Shown here: positions 10,401 through 22,750 of the stretch, in pieces
How the letters are laid out: the number at the start of each line of letters is the position of its first letter
How positions within the stretch are numbered: position 1 is the stretch's first letter
NCBI RefSeq assembly: GCF_964355755.1
Contig: NC_092675.1
Span: 18,386,912-18,450,911 of the forward strand
Reading direction: 5' to 3'
From: Antedon mediterranea
Taxonomy: Eukaryota > Animalia > Echinodermata
Length of the DNA: 64,000 bases
Position numbers and translations under genes: made by a program
The notes under the pieces: model-generated
Databases searched by the model: none
The model's input: only the letters and a program-made list of their open reading frames with translations
Told to the model about the DNA's origin: nothing

Positions 10401-11940
10401 TAATAAAAAATTATATTGTTTTATATAACTCTTATAAAATTAAGCCTGTTTGTCACTGCACTCATGGCGAATCTAAATAACGTTGATGCGTATATTCAAA
10501 ATGCTCAACCAATCAGACATCAAGAATGGTTGATCTGCGAAAATGAATTCTAGTAGAAAACACAACCTTTAGATATAAATAATGCGAAAGTTCTGTATCA
10601 TCTATATACTTTAAACTTTATTTGCAGAGACAGTAAATTCAATCTAAGTCTGTATAATATATGTTTGAAGTAATAAGAATAAAATATAATATGTTAGGTA
10701 ATTTTTTTCAATTCACTTTGCCAGTCATTTAGATTTTTACTTGTTTTGATGTTGTGCTCGTTTATTTTAATGTTTTTATATGATGTATTGTGTGGTTCTC
10801 AATTTTTGATGTTATTTTATGCTATCTTTTAAAAACATTTTAAATATTTGTAGTACCTTTTAATAATGTAAAAAATTGTCAGAATTCAGTTTTTCTGTGA
10901 AGATGATTTTAATAAATATACCATTATACCATTATGAATGAATGAATAAAGAAGCTAAAACAGGGAAAAAGGACTGCGTAAGACCTAAAATACACTGCGA
11001 CATTTATGTTTGAAAGTTAGCAACATATGTTAATAGGCCTATAATAGTAAAGGAAGCATTGAAAAGTAATCAATTAGACGTGCGATCAACCATTGTAAAC
11101 TTTGTAAAATGTTCATTGCATTTAACTTTTTATTTTTATTTATTTTTATTTTTTATTTTATTCAATCGAAACCAACAGCGATAATTACCGCCACTAACAG
11201 GTTTGATACAAACAAAGCCAGGACTGTTTAAAGCACCTTGATTGGTCCTGACATTGATCAAGGGCTTCTCCCTTGACCAGAGGTCTGAGGCAGATACTAG
11301 ATGCAGGGGCCACCATAATATAGTCAACAGTGCTGATTTCAAATACCTAACGGGACCCCAGCTACGTACATCACCCGCTATTCCCAGATGGTTTCCCATC
11401 CAAGCTCTAACCAGGCCCAACATTGCTTAACTTCAACGTGGTAAAGCCGTATATAATAATTTTTTTCTATTCTCAATTACTTCAGTACTCAAAACCGTGT
11501 TAATTTGAAATTGGCAAAATAAGTTTTGAATATCGAATTACGATGAGTATGTTTTTCTTGGAATAGGCTAAGCTTCAATTTATATTAAATAAGTTTTCTG
11601 TAGATTTACAATTAAATATATTCTTCCAAACATTTTAATAATTTATTTTAAGTTGATTGTTTTGCAACACCTTAAAGCATCTCATTACGGACCCTCAATA
11701 CTATGCAAAGCATTACAATAATATTTTATTTTAACAACAACATATTAAGAGAAATACATGTGTTTGTTGTTATCTCGAAAATCAACATTGCCGGAAAGGA
11801 TGATACCTGACATTTCAGAACTTATTTATCTTTTCCCCCATTGTTAACAAAGTATATTGCAATTAACAATAAAATAAGCAAAATGTTAAAAACTTACCCA
11901 CACAAATAAGGCATACATATAGGATTCCCGTTGATGCCAT
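840..11940 (-). CDS. Gene A: nicotinic acetylcholine receptor alpha-type subunit (alpha9/alpha10-like, divergent); join(complement 11898-11940, 8049-8185, 3807-3851, 2582-2691, 1744-2282, 840-1435), 489 aa
   Basis: Six exons with GT-AG boundaries join in frame (43+137+45+110+539+596 = 1470 nt). The product has a signal peptide (MASTGILYVCLICVG), WRPDIVLY, Cys-loop CKVDLTYYPFDTQTC, FGSW, vicinal CC in loop C, M1-M3 with PESGEK, and M4 preceded by WREAAAVIDR. Confidence 0.93.
1490..1702. repeat. Degenerate copy of a dispersed AGCAAAC/TAGTGTAGAC repeat family in gene A intron 5
   Basis: Repeated gcaaact/agtttgc words and tttagtgtagac, shared with 16130-16600, 42890-43425 and 52470-52625. Confidence 0.55.
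1744..2282 (-). CDS. Gene A coding exon 5 (loop E, Cys-loop, loops B/F/C, M1, M2)
   Basis: Acceptor tttatag|T and donor G|gtaagt; 539 nt, same length as gene B exon 5; VDEDGSNDPNLP...YYKCCPDPF...PESGEKMNLSITVLL...FPIIG. Confidence 0.95.
2582..2691 (-). CDS. Gene A coding exon 4 (loop A)
   Basis: 110-nt exon, ttttag|TCG...AG|gtacg; [36 protein letters not shown]. Confidence 0.93.
3807..3851 (-). CDS. Gene A coding exon 3 (loop 2 / loop D)
   Basis: 45-nt exon DEIKQQITLSVWLRQ with aag| acceptor and |gtaatt donor; the paralogous exon in gene B reads [15 protein letters not shown]. Confidence 0.9.
4307..4351. repeat. Perfect 21-bp inverted repeat with 3-nt spacer
   Basis: TTCCAAATGAATTGATGCGTT-tat-AACGCATCAATTCATTTGGAA. 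Confidence 0.9.
5240..7230 (+). mobile_element. Decayed RTE-clade non-LTR retrotransposon (APE endonuclease and RT fragments), internally deleted, in gene A intron 2
   Basis: LGCWNVRSL, ALSETRL, HGAGFAV, IISAYSPT, FNARIG, GVGKMNDNGQRLLELC (endonuclease); ELLYADD (RT); LDTRIEKAAITFGRLRARVW and WRDRV (thumb). Stops and frameshifts are present; the outer boundaries are approximate. Confidence 0.85.
6545..6910 (-). mobile_element. 5'-truncated LINE 3' end (RTEX-like, CCHC zinc knuckle) nested in the RTE element
   Basis: Minus strand reads RLRLISHNLRIETGRWSRT, then after a frameshift LCKCGKVQIEFHALCECP, and ends in AATAAA. Flanked by near-identical 8-mers cagttcta (6537) and cagctcta (6911). Confidence 0.7.
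7766..7877 (+). mobile_element. Short DINE-1/Helentron-like non-autonomous element
   Basis: TTTT + hairpin AGTCGCGTGCAACGCGACT, (CGGT)n microsatellite, terminal TATATGGCCTTGTT; four more copies in the window. The Helentron assignment is inferred from structure. Confidence 0.65.
8049..8185 (-). CDS. Gene A coding exon 2 (N-terminal helix, beta1)
   Basis: tatag|GA...TTT|gtaagt; 137 nt, phase 1 to 0; GTAYCDSRYLVEYLFRNYTNIIRPSIDESVTTVVKHEIVPAHIIDF with the conserved LFxxY...RP. Confidence 0.9.
11128..11434 (-). mobile_element. 5S rRNA-derived SINE (SINE3-type), 5'-truncated, in gene A intron 1
   Basis: Minus strand GAAGTTAAGCAATGTTGGGCCTGGTTAGAGCTTGGATGGGAAACCATCTGGGAATAGCGGGTGATGT matches the 3' half of 5S rRNA (boxes A/IE/C). 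It is followed by ~200 nt of unrelated body and an (AATAAA)n-like tail. Confidence 0.75.
11898..11940 (-). CDS. Gene A coding exon 1 (signal peptide)
   Basis: ATG GCA TCA ACG GGA...GTG G|gtaag; hydrophobic MASTGILYVCLICV; phase 1 matches exon 2. Confidence 0.75.
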
Positions 11941-13329
11941 TTCAATGATCTATTTCCTTATCTGTTTCTAAAGTTTGCATCATTCCATAGACTACAAAAG
12001 ACACAATAGGTATAACATGATGAAATAAATTTAATTAATGACTGTCACTCACCACAAAGCTTATGGTCTATCTTCACGTGATCAAAAAGAAAAACTAATT
12101 TACATACACAACACTAGCAAGCTATGTGATTTAACACAGGTGGGTTGGTAAGTCAGTTTTCTGATTTCTATACGCGTCGTTTAATTACCTTCCAATCAAA
12201 TTATACGTCTGAAATTCGTCGTATAATCGTACAACCTGCAACGTATTTAGTATCAAAGGAGTTAGATATCACCGAAGATGCTTGTGTTTGCTTAAAAACA
12301 TCTATTTTAAAAGAACATGTTTTTATTTTGTTACACATTAACGCAATATCTGTAAGCCAATTGGCTCTCACACTAAAGTGGTCTGAATTTATAAGCCACT
12401 AAATTGCACATCAGAAGCGCCTTCGAGCAGTTATCAATATTGTTCAGTCGCTTAAATCCTGCGAAATCCTATAATATCCTATAATATAACGGCAATGAAA
12501 CTGATTTTGATCAATATGGAAACATTATCGATTAATTCTATAATACAAATTATCATCTACGAATATAAACTACCGTCATTTTAAATAACGTGAAATGTAA
12601 GTGTATACATTCTGGAACTTATACGACCACGTCTAGCCCTTCTGATTGCTTTAGTGGAATAAGTCATTTTACAACTTTAAAGTAATATGTGAAAGTTCAA
12701 AACATATATGCTCTTACAGAAGTTGTTTCTATTATTTAGCAGGTTAATTATTTTATCCGTTTAAATCAATCATTGAAGATAATAATAAAAACAAAAGGAA
12801 TGAAAATATTAAAAAAAAGAAAATAAATAATCATATTGTAATTCAATTTAAAATGTAATATAGAATAATTTTACAGAAAGTATTCAACTGAGAAATTATC
12901 TCATCAAGAAATATAAATAACAGTGTTGATAATGGCTTTATCGATTCTAAGGTGAATTTTCAAATGGAATAGTTTAATTAGTATGGTGTGCAAAAGCATA
13001 ACACGTGTTTAAAAAATTGACTCGGCCATTTTAAGCAAGATATTCAATTCGTGAATATTGACGTTGATACGAAAACTCAGGTTACATTTAATTGTAATCA
13101 ATACCAATTGCATTTGATGATTAATTATATGATGAAGTGTCTTGGGTGACCTAGATTTTATAACGGCATACACTGAACTGAAAACCATTAAGTTACACCA
13201 AAATGGGGAAAAATTAAAAGAGTGAGAATGATAAATATGCTAAATCAATCAATCAATCAATCACATTCTATTTCGAATACTTCGTATATCCATACGCATT
13301 AACATGAATTATTAATTATGAATTCATGT

Positions 13330-13440
13330 TGGAACAACAACAAAACAAAAACACAAGAAAAACACAACAACAGAACAACAGCGACACAACAACAGAACAA
13401 CAACAGCAGCAGCAACACCACAACAGCAACAACAACAAGA
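13330..13440. repeat. Degenerate (AAC/AGC)n microsatellite
   Basis: Runs of aacaacaac and cagcagcag. Confidence 0.8.
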
Positions 13441-16129
13441 GACATCTTTTTTTACGAAAAGGAATTGAATGTTTCGGATAAATAACGATCAGCGCAAAAT
13501 TGTACTTTGTATTCATGAAACACTCTCAACCAGTAAATCGATGTTTCATTTTCAAAAAGTATCAAATACCAAAATATATAGAAGTTTCTGATTGAGAACT
13601 AATAACTTTTAGATACATTTCAAAATATAAATCAAAATAATATAACTATTATAGGCTTATCTGTAAACGAGTGAAGATGAACTAATCTGGAAAGAGAACA
13701 AGTTAACCGCGATTTAAGTTAAACTTTAACCATTTTCTGTAAACACCAACATAAGTATAAGTTTCTTGATTGAGAAATAGCTTTGAGATATATTTAAAAA
13801 TAAAATGTAAAACTATATATAAGATTTTCCCCTGAAAATAATTGTAAAAATATTGTTTTTGTTGAATATGCTATTTTACTGCCACATAATATTAAATTAT
13901 ATCTGTCCAGTGAAGATATTCTTAGCATATTTGTCAATTGAGTAAATATTAGGGCTATATCAATGGTATACTTTAGAAATTACATAAGTTACATTACATG
14001 CATTAGATTACGTAAGAAAATCAGTCAGCTTTAAATAATAAATTTGTTTCTAGAGCATTATGCATTTCACGGAGAAAAGTTATATAGATACATCTACTAA
14101 TAATTATTTTGAATTCGGAAGTACTTAATCTTGGAAGATGACATAAATTGCAAAATAAAATGTTTTTTTTTATTACTAAACGATGCCCTGGATTTAGTTC
14201 CTAAAGGCCAGTGAAAGAATTGAAATGCAACTTACGTGTAAAGGACTGTTTAACACGTGCTTGAACTGGTTGGCGTATGTGCACGTATTGGATACACATT
14301 ACATGTCGACATTATAGAATACATCAATTTCTTACTAGTGAAACCGGAACTAAACTAGAATATCTAAAATGTCAAATTAGCTTCAAAGTATGTCTTCTTA
14401 AAATAACCAAGTATTAACATTTATGTATGTTAATATAGTCAATGCTAATTTGCATATTATTTCTTCGATTCTTTCTATATCTTATATTAAAAAGTATTAT
14501 TAGTGTCTCCAAAAAGCACAGATACTTATATTTTATCATCATAACATGGTCACGCGCATCAAACTAGCCTAAATATAAATGGCATTATTATATACCTTTA
14601 CATTGCCACGCTAGAGATTTGAAATATATCTTGACGGTGATATTTAAAAAATGTTATATAATCTGTTTCAATGTTCAGACCAAACAGTAACTATGTCTAA
14701 GTCTAAGCATGAAAGGAAATTGTCCTCTATGGCCTAAGTAACTAAGTATATGACAGTCACGGCAAACCCTTTAACTAATTTCTTTTTCGAACACTATTTT
14801 TTCTTCTTTCCTATCTAAAATTTAATGATGCTTCATTTTCAGATCAGACGATGCGTCTTTAAGAGTGAGAGTTCTCAATATTGACTTGCCTCAAATCTTT
14901 CTTAAGTTTCTTTCATGCTGTTAGTATATGTATTTTTGTCGCTGAAACTACTCCAGTTGAAGTTTACATATGACACGCAATGAGCGCCAAAATATTTACA
15001 TTTACCAATATTAAGCCGAATCACCGTATAGAATCATTATTGGATTACATTATCGTAACTCATCGAAAGTTTTATTGCTTATATCTGAGAAGATTTACAT
15101 TTCTATTACCTTTAATATTCAAGAACAATTTTTTTATCGAAATCTGCCATTTTATCTTGAAATTGGAATTTTAAAATATTAACAAAGATTTAAATTAATT
15201 CAAGTAGAGAAACGAGTTTGGCTGGAATTATAAAATTATCGTCGGTTGGAAATGACTAATAAAATATAAAAAGAAAATCGAATATATAGTGAAGCTAAAA
15301 CGTAGTCTCTCATTTAGAAAAATATATTTCATACACCTTTAACAGTGAAGGGTGTAATAAATTATACAATGATTGTAAAACGTTATAGATTTTCAGGGCA
15401 ACACGTATTTAACAATCTCATCAAGAAAACGCCCAAGTGAAAATTACGCAGAAATAAGATTACATCTCAATTGCACCACAGGGCATAATGACAACAGCAT
15501 TCTGAAAGAGGGCGGTGTAACCTCATACATTACAATATACTGTATATTATATTTGTTTGGATAGTTCTATTGTCGATGTTTGCAATATGATGATGTTTCA
15601 TTGTTTCTATTTCATTTAAGAGAAAGACATAATTGCTCATGGGAAAATAACAAAGGTTGTATAGGCGAGTCGTGTGATGTCAAACGAAACTACTTTGATC
15701 GACATTGACTTGATTGTTTAATTACCTGTTTTACTACCTAACTGACTTGATTTCTAACTGATTGACTGACTGACTTGTACCTTACCTATTACTGTCTTAC
15801 TGATTCCCGACCGACTAAATAATTAGTTTTTAATAGATTATCCCGATTATTATTACAGACTAACAGACAGACTGTCGTAGTGGTAAAGCTGCAAAATCTA
15901 TAACAATTGATGCACGTTTTTTCGAATACCAGGGATAAGCAAAACTTGTGTTTGTTCAAGATATAAATATTGATATTAAATACCCGTATATATGTTAAAT
16001 GGTTTAATCCGAAACAAATAACCCATCCATCCATGTATTTACCGTTATTTAGTTTATTTACTTTTAATAGATGTCCTGGTACTGAACTAGAAGATACATT
16101 ACAAAAATAATTGGTTAAGTAAAGAAAAC

Positions 16130-16600
16130 TTAGTTTGAAACTTAGCAAGAAAAGTTTGGTAGAAGTGTAGACCAGTTAACAAACTTTGGCAATCACCAGA
16201 AGTTAGGCCACTCAGAGTCTTAACGAACGTGTTTGCTTTGATCTGTGAACTCAATTATATATTTTGTAACCAGTTAGTCTACATGTGGACAAATTACAGT
16301 TACAGAGACTGTTTGGTAAAGTTTTTTAGTGTAGACTTTGGTTGCTTTGCACTCATGATTCACCAGATAGACTTCAGTAACTAGTCTAGACAAGATTGAC
16401 TAACCTCTCCAAAAAGTGGAAAATTCAGAGTTTGCATATTTCAAACGAAGTTTTGTAAAGTTTGCTAGTGTAGACTTTGCAGTAATGAATCACCAGATAG
16501 ACATCCTCCAGTAACTATTCTAAACAAAAATGACAAACTTCTCCAAAAAGGTGGACAAATACAGAGTTTGCAAACAAAAGCTAAAACAAGTGTTTGAAGA
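16130..16600. repeat. AGCAAAC/TAGTGTAGAC repeat family, with a ~139-bp internal duplication
   Basis: tagtgtagactttg...caccagatagac...ctccaaaaag...cagagtttgca occurs at ~16328 and ~16467. Confidence 0.65.
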
Positions 16601-18282
16601 AGTGGTTTGAGAAGGTATCGAAGAGAAACTAATCTGCTTTTTTAAATTGATAAACATTATTATTCTTTTATAAAATTATTTCCAGATTGAAGAAAAATAG
16701 TCACTATTATACATTTTCAGATGTGATCAAGTTTAACTTCGATCTGTGATGTTCTTATTTTGTTACAGATTTTATTTTTCTTTGTTTATTCTAAAAGAAA
16801 TAATAATAATAATAATATGAAGCACTTAAACTGTGAAACATATTGTTTGTTTCAAATGTGTGAAACCTAGTTTTTTTAACCTATCACTGCAGATTCTTTA
16901 CTGCATTTCAGTAAAAATTAATTTGTAATACGTTTTGTTTCACAAGTATTACACATTTTATTGCTTTAGCATTGATAGAATTTGTTGAACAGTAATTGGG
17001 CTAATTCATAATTCAGTACAATAAATTCCTCATGTATTCTAGACAAGAATTGTAGGCCTACAATGATTGCTATAAGAATCGTTAATTTGATTGAAGATTT
17101 TCTTCTTCAATCACTATTCTACACTTGTATTCCTTATTTTTTTTACAGTTATTATCTTATTTATGATATTGCTACAAAGCTGTTGAACTTTTGAACGTAT
17201 TCTCATACTTTATATTTATAGGTTTATTCATTTTAATATAGATATGATGACTGAGTTACTAAGCCTCTGTAATTAAACGTGTAGTGTATACCGAGAATTA
17301 AGTGAACCATAAAAACACTAAGACATAGACTGGTTGAAATGATTTTCATGACGTGTAACTTGTCTAATGCATTACAATTTGTTGTAAGAACATGGTCAGA
17401 AGAAACAATATTTCAGACAAATTCCGAGACACTATGAATAATATTAAAATGTCTGGCTAATGAATAAGTACAATTCCAGCAGTTTTATAATAAGCGATGA
17501 GTCAAGTAGATATTACGGTTATAGGGCCTATTGGAAATATATAGAAAGAACTATTGTTGTGGTAATTTATGAACAGGTAGGCCTACTACAAATAACTTCT
17601 ATTCTGATTTTACAATAGCCTAAACTATTTTACTACTTATAGCCTACACGTGATGCTTCCATCATAATATTATAATAAATAATTCCTAAAAAATAATATG
17701 ACTTCAGCTTTGTGTATCGTAATGATGTAAGAATCTTCGGTAAAAGAGAGTTTGTGGTATGTTTTTAGCAGTAACAACAACGTGGTTTCGTTTATCTTGG
17801 GTTTAGAACGATACGTTGAACCTTAGTTATAATTACGATGTGGTACTATATTTACGTTCTAACTATAACAGTAATGAACTTGCGAGTAAGCTACATTGAA
17901 TCAGTGTCAAGGTAAATGGGAATCAGGCAATAAATCAATAACAATTATACAAATCCAGAGGACTGATTGATTGATATCTGAAAATACATCACACTCTGCG
18001 TTACCAATTATCACCATCCAGTCACAGTAAAATCGATAAGATGTATTTTTACATTACACATTTACATACTGTACAGTACAAAATAACAGTAACCCCAGTC
18101 CTAAAACAACAACAACCCTGCTAAGTACATGTACGCATGGAGGATGATGTAAGTGACTATCCTAGTATTGTATCACTTCTACCGGGGAATACTCTTTCCC
18201 GGTCCTAGAGACATTTAGTAAATCGCGTGAATTTGTGTGACGTATGGTCGTAGGGAAAACATCTCACCAATTAACTAAACAT

Positions 18283-18413
18283 TTGGTTGCCACTTGGACG
18301 CAACGCAAGGACGTAAAAGCGCACCGCAAGCAATTTTGCCAATCACGTCGACGAGATGGATCATCTGTTGCGTTGCTTCTACGTCGTTACGTTACATCCA
18401 AGTGGGAACCAAG
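18283..18413. mobile_element. MITE with terminal inverted repeats (PIF/Harbinger-like)
   Basis: TTGGTTGCCACTTGGACGCAACG ... CGTTACATCCAAGTGGGAACCAA; related copy at 60729-60870. Confidence 0.6.
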
Positions 18414-19217
18414 CCTTAGCTCTCTGACGCAAAGCTACTTCGTAGTAGTACATCACATTGTAAATTGTAATTAACAATGACATCTAACAAACCACTTGGT
18501 CTGCTAATGACTTCAACAGCCTACTAACTAATTTGTATTTCATTTGTGATTAACAATACTTGTTAACGTTAATGACCTGGCAAAGCCTCTAACTCTAAAT
18601 AAATAATATTTATTACTTACACAATTGATTATCTTCAAATTTCTATTGGTAAGAATGACTCAAGCCATAGAGTTTTCAGCGTTTGCCAATGGTAACAAGT
18701 CACTTTGAAATAACATTTCTTCTTGAATTAGAAATAGCATGAACTATGACAATACGTTTACATGAAGCTTCACGCCACAATTAATTATCTGTTTAATATA
18801 TATATTAATTATGACTACATGAAGGCTATAATTTCTCCAATAACAAGGCACAAGCCTGAATAGAAGACGCCTATCATAGGCCACAGTGAAAATGAAACTC
18901 GCTGCTTATATTGAAACAATTTTTTGCGCTAAAACAATGAGTTTTTTCTTTTTAGTGGTTACAATTTCTGATTGCTTGACGTAGTTCACTCCGCAAGGAG
19001 TGACAATCAAGAACTAGAGACATCTCACTCTTTTAAAAGTGGTTAAGCACACTCCTCAAAAGAGTGACCACTCACTCGAAATAAATTTAACATTAAGAGA
19101 GCATGTGACGCAGTATTGCAGAATTTGCATATGATACTGGGCACGGGGAAAAAGTCATGGTATAAAATTTAACTCTGAAATAAACTATAATGATCACACG
19201 TTATATTGATTTAGACA

Positions 19218-19600
19218 TTGATACAGATACAGATACAGATTCATTTATTATCCAAAATAATATTGGAAATTACAGTGCTCATAAACCTTGGCTTGCCTAA
19301 AATAAATATAAATATAACGGGGACTATCTAACAAATGTTTTGTTATAATGCCTTATCCCAGCTGGGTAGAACGAGTACTTGTAACGGTCCGTCTGCGCAT
19401 TCACCGTCCTCATCCTACCACTTCTAACGATAACGGAGCCGATAATGTCCTTATGAAGAGGATGGTTGGTGTCTTCCAATATAGTATGGAACACATCGGC
19501 AAGACGTTCGCTGTAGAAAGAGTCGAGCGTTTGCACAGACGAACCAATTACTTTCCCCGCTCTACCCAGCACCTTTTCAATTCGGTCTTTATCCCCTTTA
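19218..19600 (-). mobile_element. 3' fragment of a Rex1/Babar-like LINE
   Basis: ILEDTNHPLH...RSGRMRTVNAQTDRYKYSFYPAGIRHYN C-terminal motif, followed by AATAAA and a (TGTATC)n tail. Confidence 0.7.
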
Positions 19601-22443
19601 CTGATATTTTGATGGGATTATATTACGTATATTAAGTAAATGTAAATATGATACAATGTATTGATTTGATTTGTACCTAAACTTAAATCCCAATCCTGTA
19701 TGACAAGGCTACTCAGAAATCCCCCGGCGAATCCTAAATGCACTTCCAAAGTAATTATATATTACTAGTTAATGTAATTTAATATCTGCTGGCCACAGCA
19801 CTTGGGTTAAGAATATAATATATGAGTTATCGAGAAAATGCAATTTCAGTTTACTTGTTACTTTAAGAGTGCTCGCCGGCTTTTGAAAATTCTGTCCAAT
19901 CTTTTAACACTAGCAGGTCTGAAAATAATACTAAAAAGTGGTCCAAAATTGGGACAGTGGTCCGGATTACCTCTAAAATTTAATAGAGTGGTCATTGATC
20001 ACATATCTGTATTTTCATTTCGGTAAAGATCTTGTATTACTTTTTGAGTAATTCTGCTTACAAACAAAGAAACAAACACACGGAATCGATTACATATAAC
20101 TCCTTGGCGGTGGTAAATGAAAGTTTATAGTTCATATTTATGTTGTAGTTTTGTTATGTATTCAAATAGGTCAAATATTTATCACATCGCGGTGTTTTTA
20201 TAATACGGACTATCCATTGAAATCGTATCTTTACGAAAAAAAGTTGGTACTCGCGAATAAAACGACATACAAAATACAGTTTTACCTTGAAGGCAGGCAC
20301 TAGTACTTGTGGGGCGGTAATAGTTATTCAGACCAATTCTAATTACCATACTCTTTTGATTTGAGATAGGCCTAATTATAGTAGTTAAACAATACAGATT
20401 GTAAACAACAAATAACAAAAAATATAGACATACAATAATCGTGATGGATAAAACATGTCATAAAATGAGTAACATAATTATAGCTTAATTCAGAAATTAA
20501 AAATATTAAAATGAGACCACAGAGGCATCGGAAACCTAATACATACATATCATATTACTATCCAATATTTATCAATTAATTCAATGTAATATTTTTCAAT
20601 GTTCAGTAATTGCATATTTATCATTTAGTAAAACAGATGGTATGTCAATCAATTGTCAAACTATTAATTGTGTATGTTGTATGTTATTAATATCATAGTG
20701 TTATTGTTATTATCTAAATTTTAAATACAATTGTATTGATTAATTCACAGCTGGCCATGTGATTTAGTTCAAATCTAATTTATAATGTACTCCCAATAAC
20801 ACATACTATAATTATTAAAAAAGCTGTTTTCATTGTTTTTTAATTAATTAATTAATTACGTTAATTACGGTATAAACTATGCTAATTGATTCATATTAAA
20901 GAAGTAATTTATATACAATAACTACAAAAGACAGGGGCGGATCCAGGATTTAGAAATAGGGGGGGGGGGGGGGGCGTAGGTTTGCGAGCGAAGGCCTGGG
21001 TTTTATTTTTTTATTTTTGCACCTAAACAATCAATGAGTTAAACATTATTAGAAGTATTTGTCACGTGTTATAGAACAAGTTTCCTTTAATCCGGACACA
21101 ATTTTATGAGTCGGCGGTCGCTAAACAGTACGGTAAGTCTTTGAGAAGTTGATTGAGTTCAGCAGATTTGAATAATTTATATTTTAAAGGATTTATAAAC
21201 GTTTACACTTGTATGATTGTGTGTTAGACGTTTAGTAGTTTCTTTTCTTGGTATAGCAACGTTTTTTCAAAGAAGAAAATAAAAAATATGAATAGATGGA
21301 TTTTTCAACTCAATGGGTATGTGTTGGCCTCTGATTTCTTTTTTTAGACTATAATTCAAGATAGACGTCGTGAGTTATACGATCCTTGTACACAGGTACA
21401 GGATTGGCGAGCACGTTATAATCAGCAACTACACTGCCATTATTGACACAATTTAGAGAAGATACTAGTACTACTACTATACTTGATTGATGACGATACA
21501 ACTACTGAATTAGTTGTGTTGCACAGAAGCACAAAATACATCCATCGTCATATTAAATATGTCATAGGGTGCGATAATTAATATGAATCGATTATAGATT
21601 GCTCGTGGATGTACGTTAAATGTTCAGTAACATAAATTTGACAACAAAATGGCACAACAAAAGAGAAGAGCCCAATCTTTCGACTTTATGCTATCTTGCA
21701 AAACTTTCCGTATTATTTTTTAATTTTAATATTATAGATATTCTATATGTAGTTTAAGTATAAATGGTAAGAATAAATGTGGAACGCACCCACCAAAGAG
21801 AAAAAAAAACTTTTCGTATTTTCAAAAATAAAACACAATTGTTACATGCTGGCGCAAGTATGTAAACAATTGGTTTGTACGAAACTAAAAGTGATAAAAG
21901 TCATACCAGTAATATCAAAATAATGGTCTATGCATGTTGCAGTTTTAAAAACTAAAAAAATCTAAAAACATGATTAGGCCTAAATGAAATAATTATACCG
22001 TAGTATATTTTCAATTAAAATATAAACTAATGGTCAGAGGCTGGGGCTTGAGCTATAAAATAAATCGTTGTTAATTAAAAACATTCTATTGAAATGATAT
22101 ATTATATAGTCATTAATTGTACACTATTTTACTGTTGTTTAATTATGCTGTTTACATACAAGTAATTTGATCATTCTGATTGATTGATTAATTAGCTAAT
22201 GATAATATGATATAATATTTACCGAATCATCCTTGCATAATATCACGTACATAACTGTACAAAAGTCTAATTTCTAATATAGCTATTAACACTACAATAA
22301 ATAAATCAGCGCTATGTTAACTAAATCTAAAATCTAGAACTGCATAAATTAGTTTATGTTAACTAACTAAAGCTAACGCTGTGTTATGTTAACTTTAACA
22401 AAGCTGTGTTAATCAAATAGCTATCTTCAGCTGTGTGTTTTAC

Positions 22444-22750
22444 CTTAGGGTTCCACTTCAGGGCAAAATTGCTGTCGAAGAGTGCAACGAACTATACAAC
22501 AAGCAAGCACATCACAAGGTGAAAAAATATAACGGTTATGTGGGCCTTCGTATCTTGTCTGCTACCTTCTCTACGGACGAGGCCTGATCTGCTCGATAAC
22601 AACCAAAGTCACATTTCGATGTTCAATCAACTACTGAAAGAAACAAGACCAACACTGATTGGTAAATGGAAATGGCGCACTTGGTTATCTAAACAACACG
22701 ATATTTGATTGGTCCGTTATCATCAAACGGTTGCAAACACAACATATTGG
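22444..22750 (-). promoter_or_regulatory. Candidate CCAAT-type promoter and non-coding exon, possibly of gene A
   Basis: Three minus-strand CCAAT boxes (~22658, 22708, 22746), a TCAGT initiator-like word (~22633), locally higher GC, and an AAG|GTAAA donor at ~22443. No transcript evidence. Confidence 0.25.

Noticed and set aside
11136-11430. ORFs on both strands and a possible 5S rRNA gene
   Set aside because: Only the diverged 3' half of 5S is present, fused to a SINE-like body; the ORFs are incidental.
13316-13516. Poly-Cys/Leu ORF
   Set aside because: Translation of an (AAC/AGC)n microsatellite.
20932-20995. CAGGGGCGGATCCAG plus G-run (and G-runs at 34862-34899) as G-quadruplex regulatory elements
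   Set aside because: Looks like a solitary DNA-transposon end or homopolymer with no partner TIR nearby; no functional evidence.
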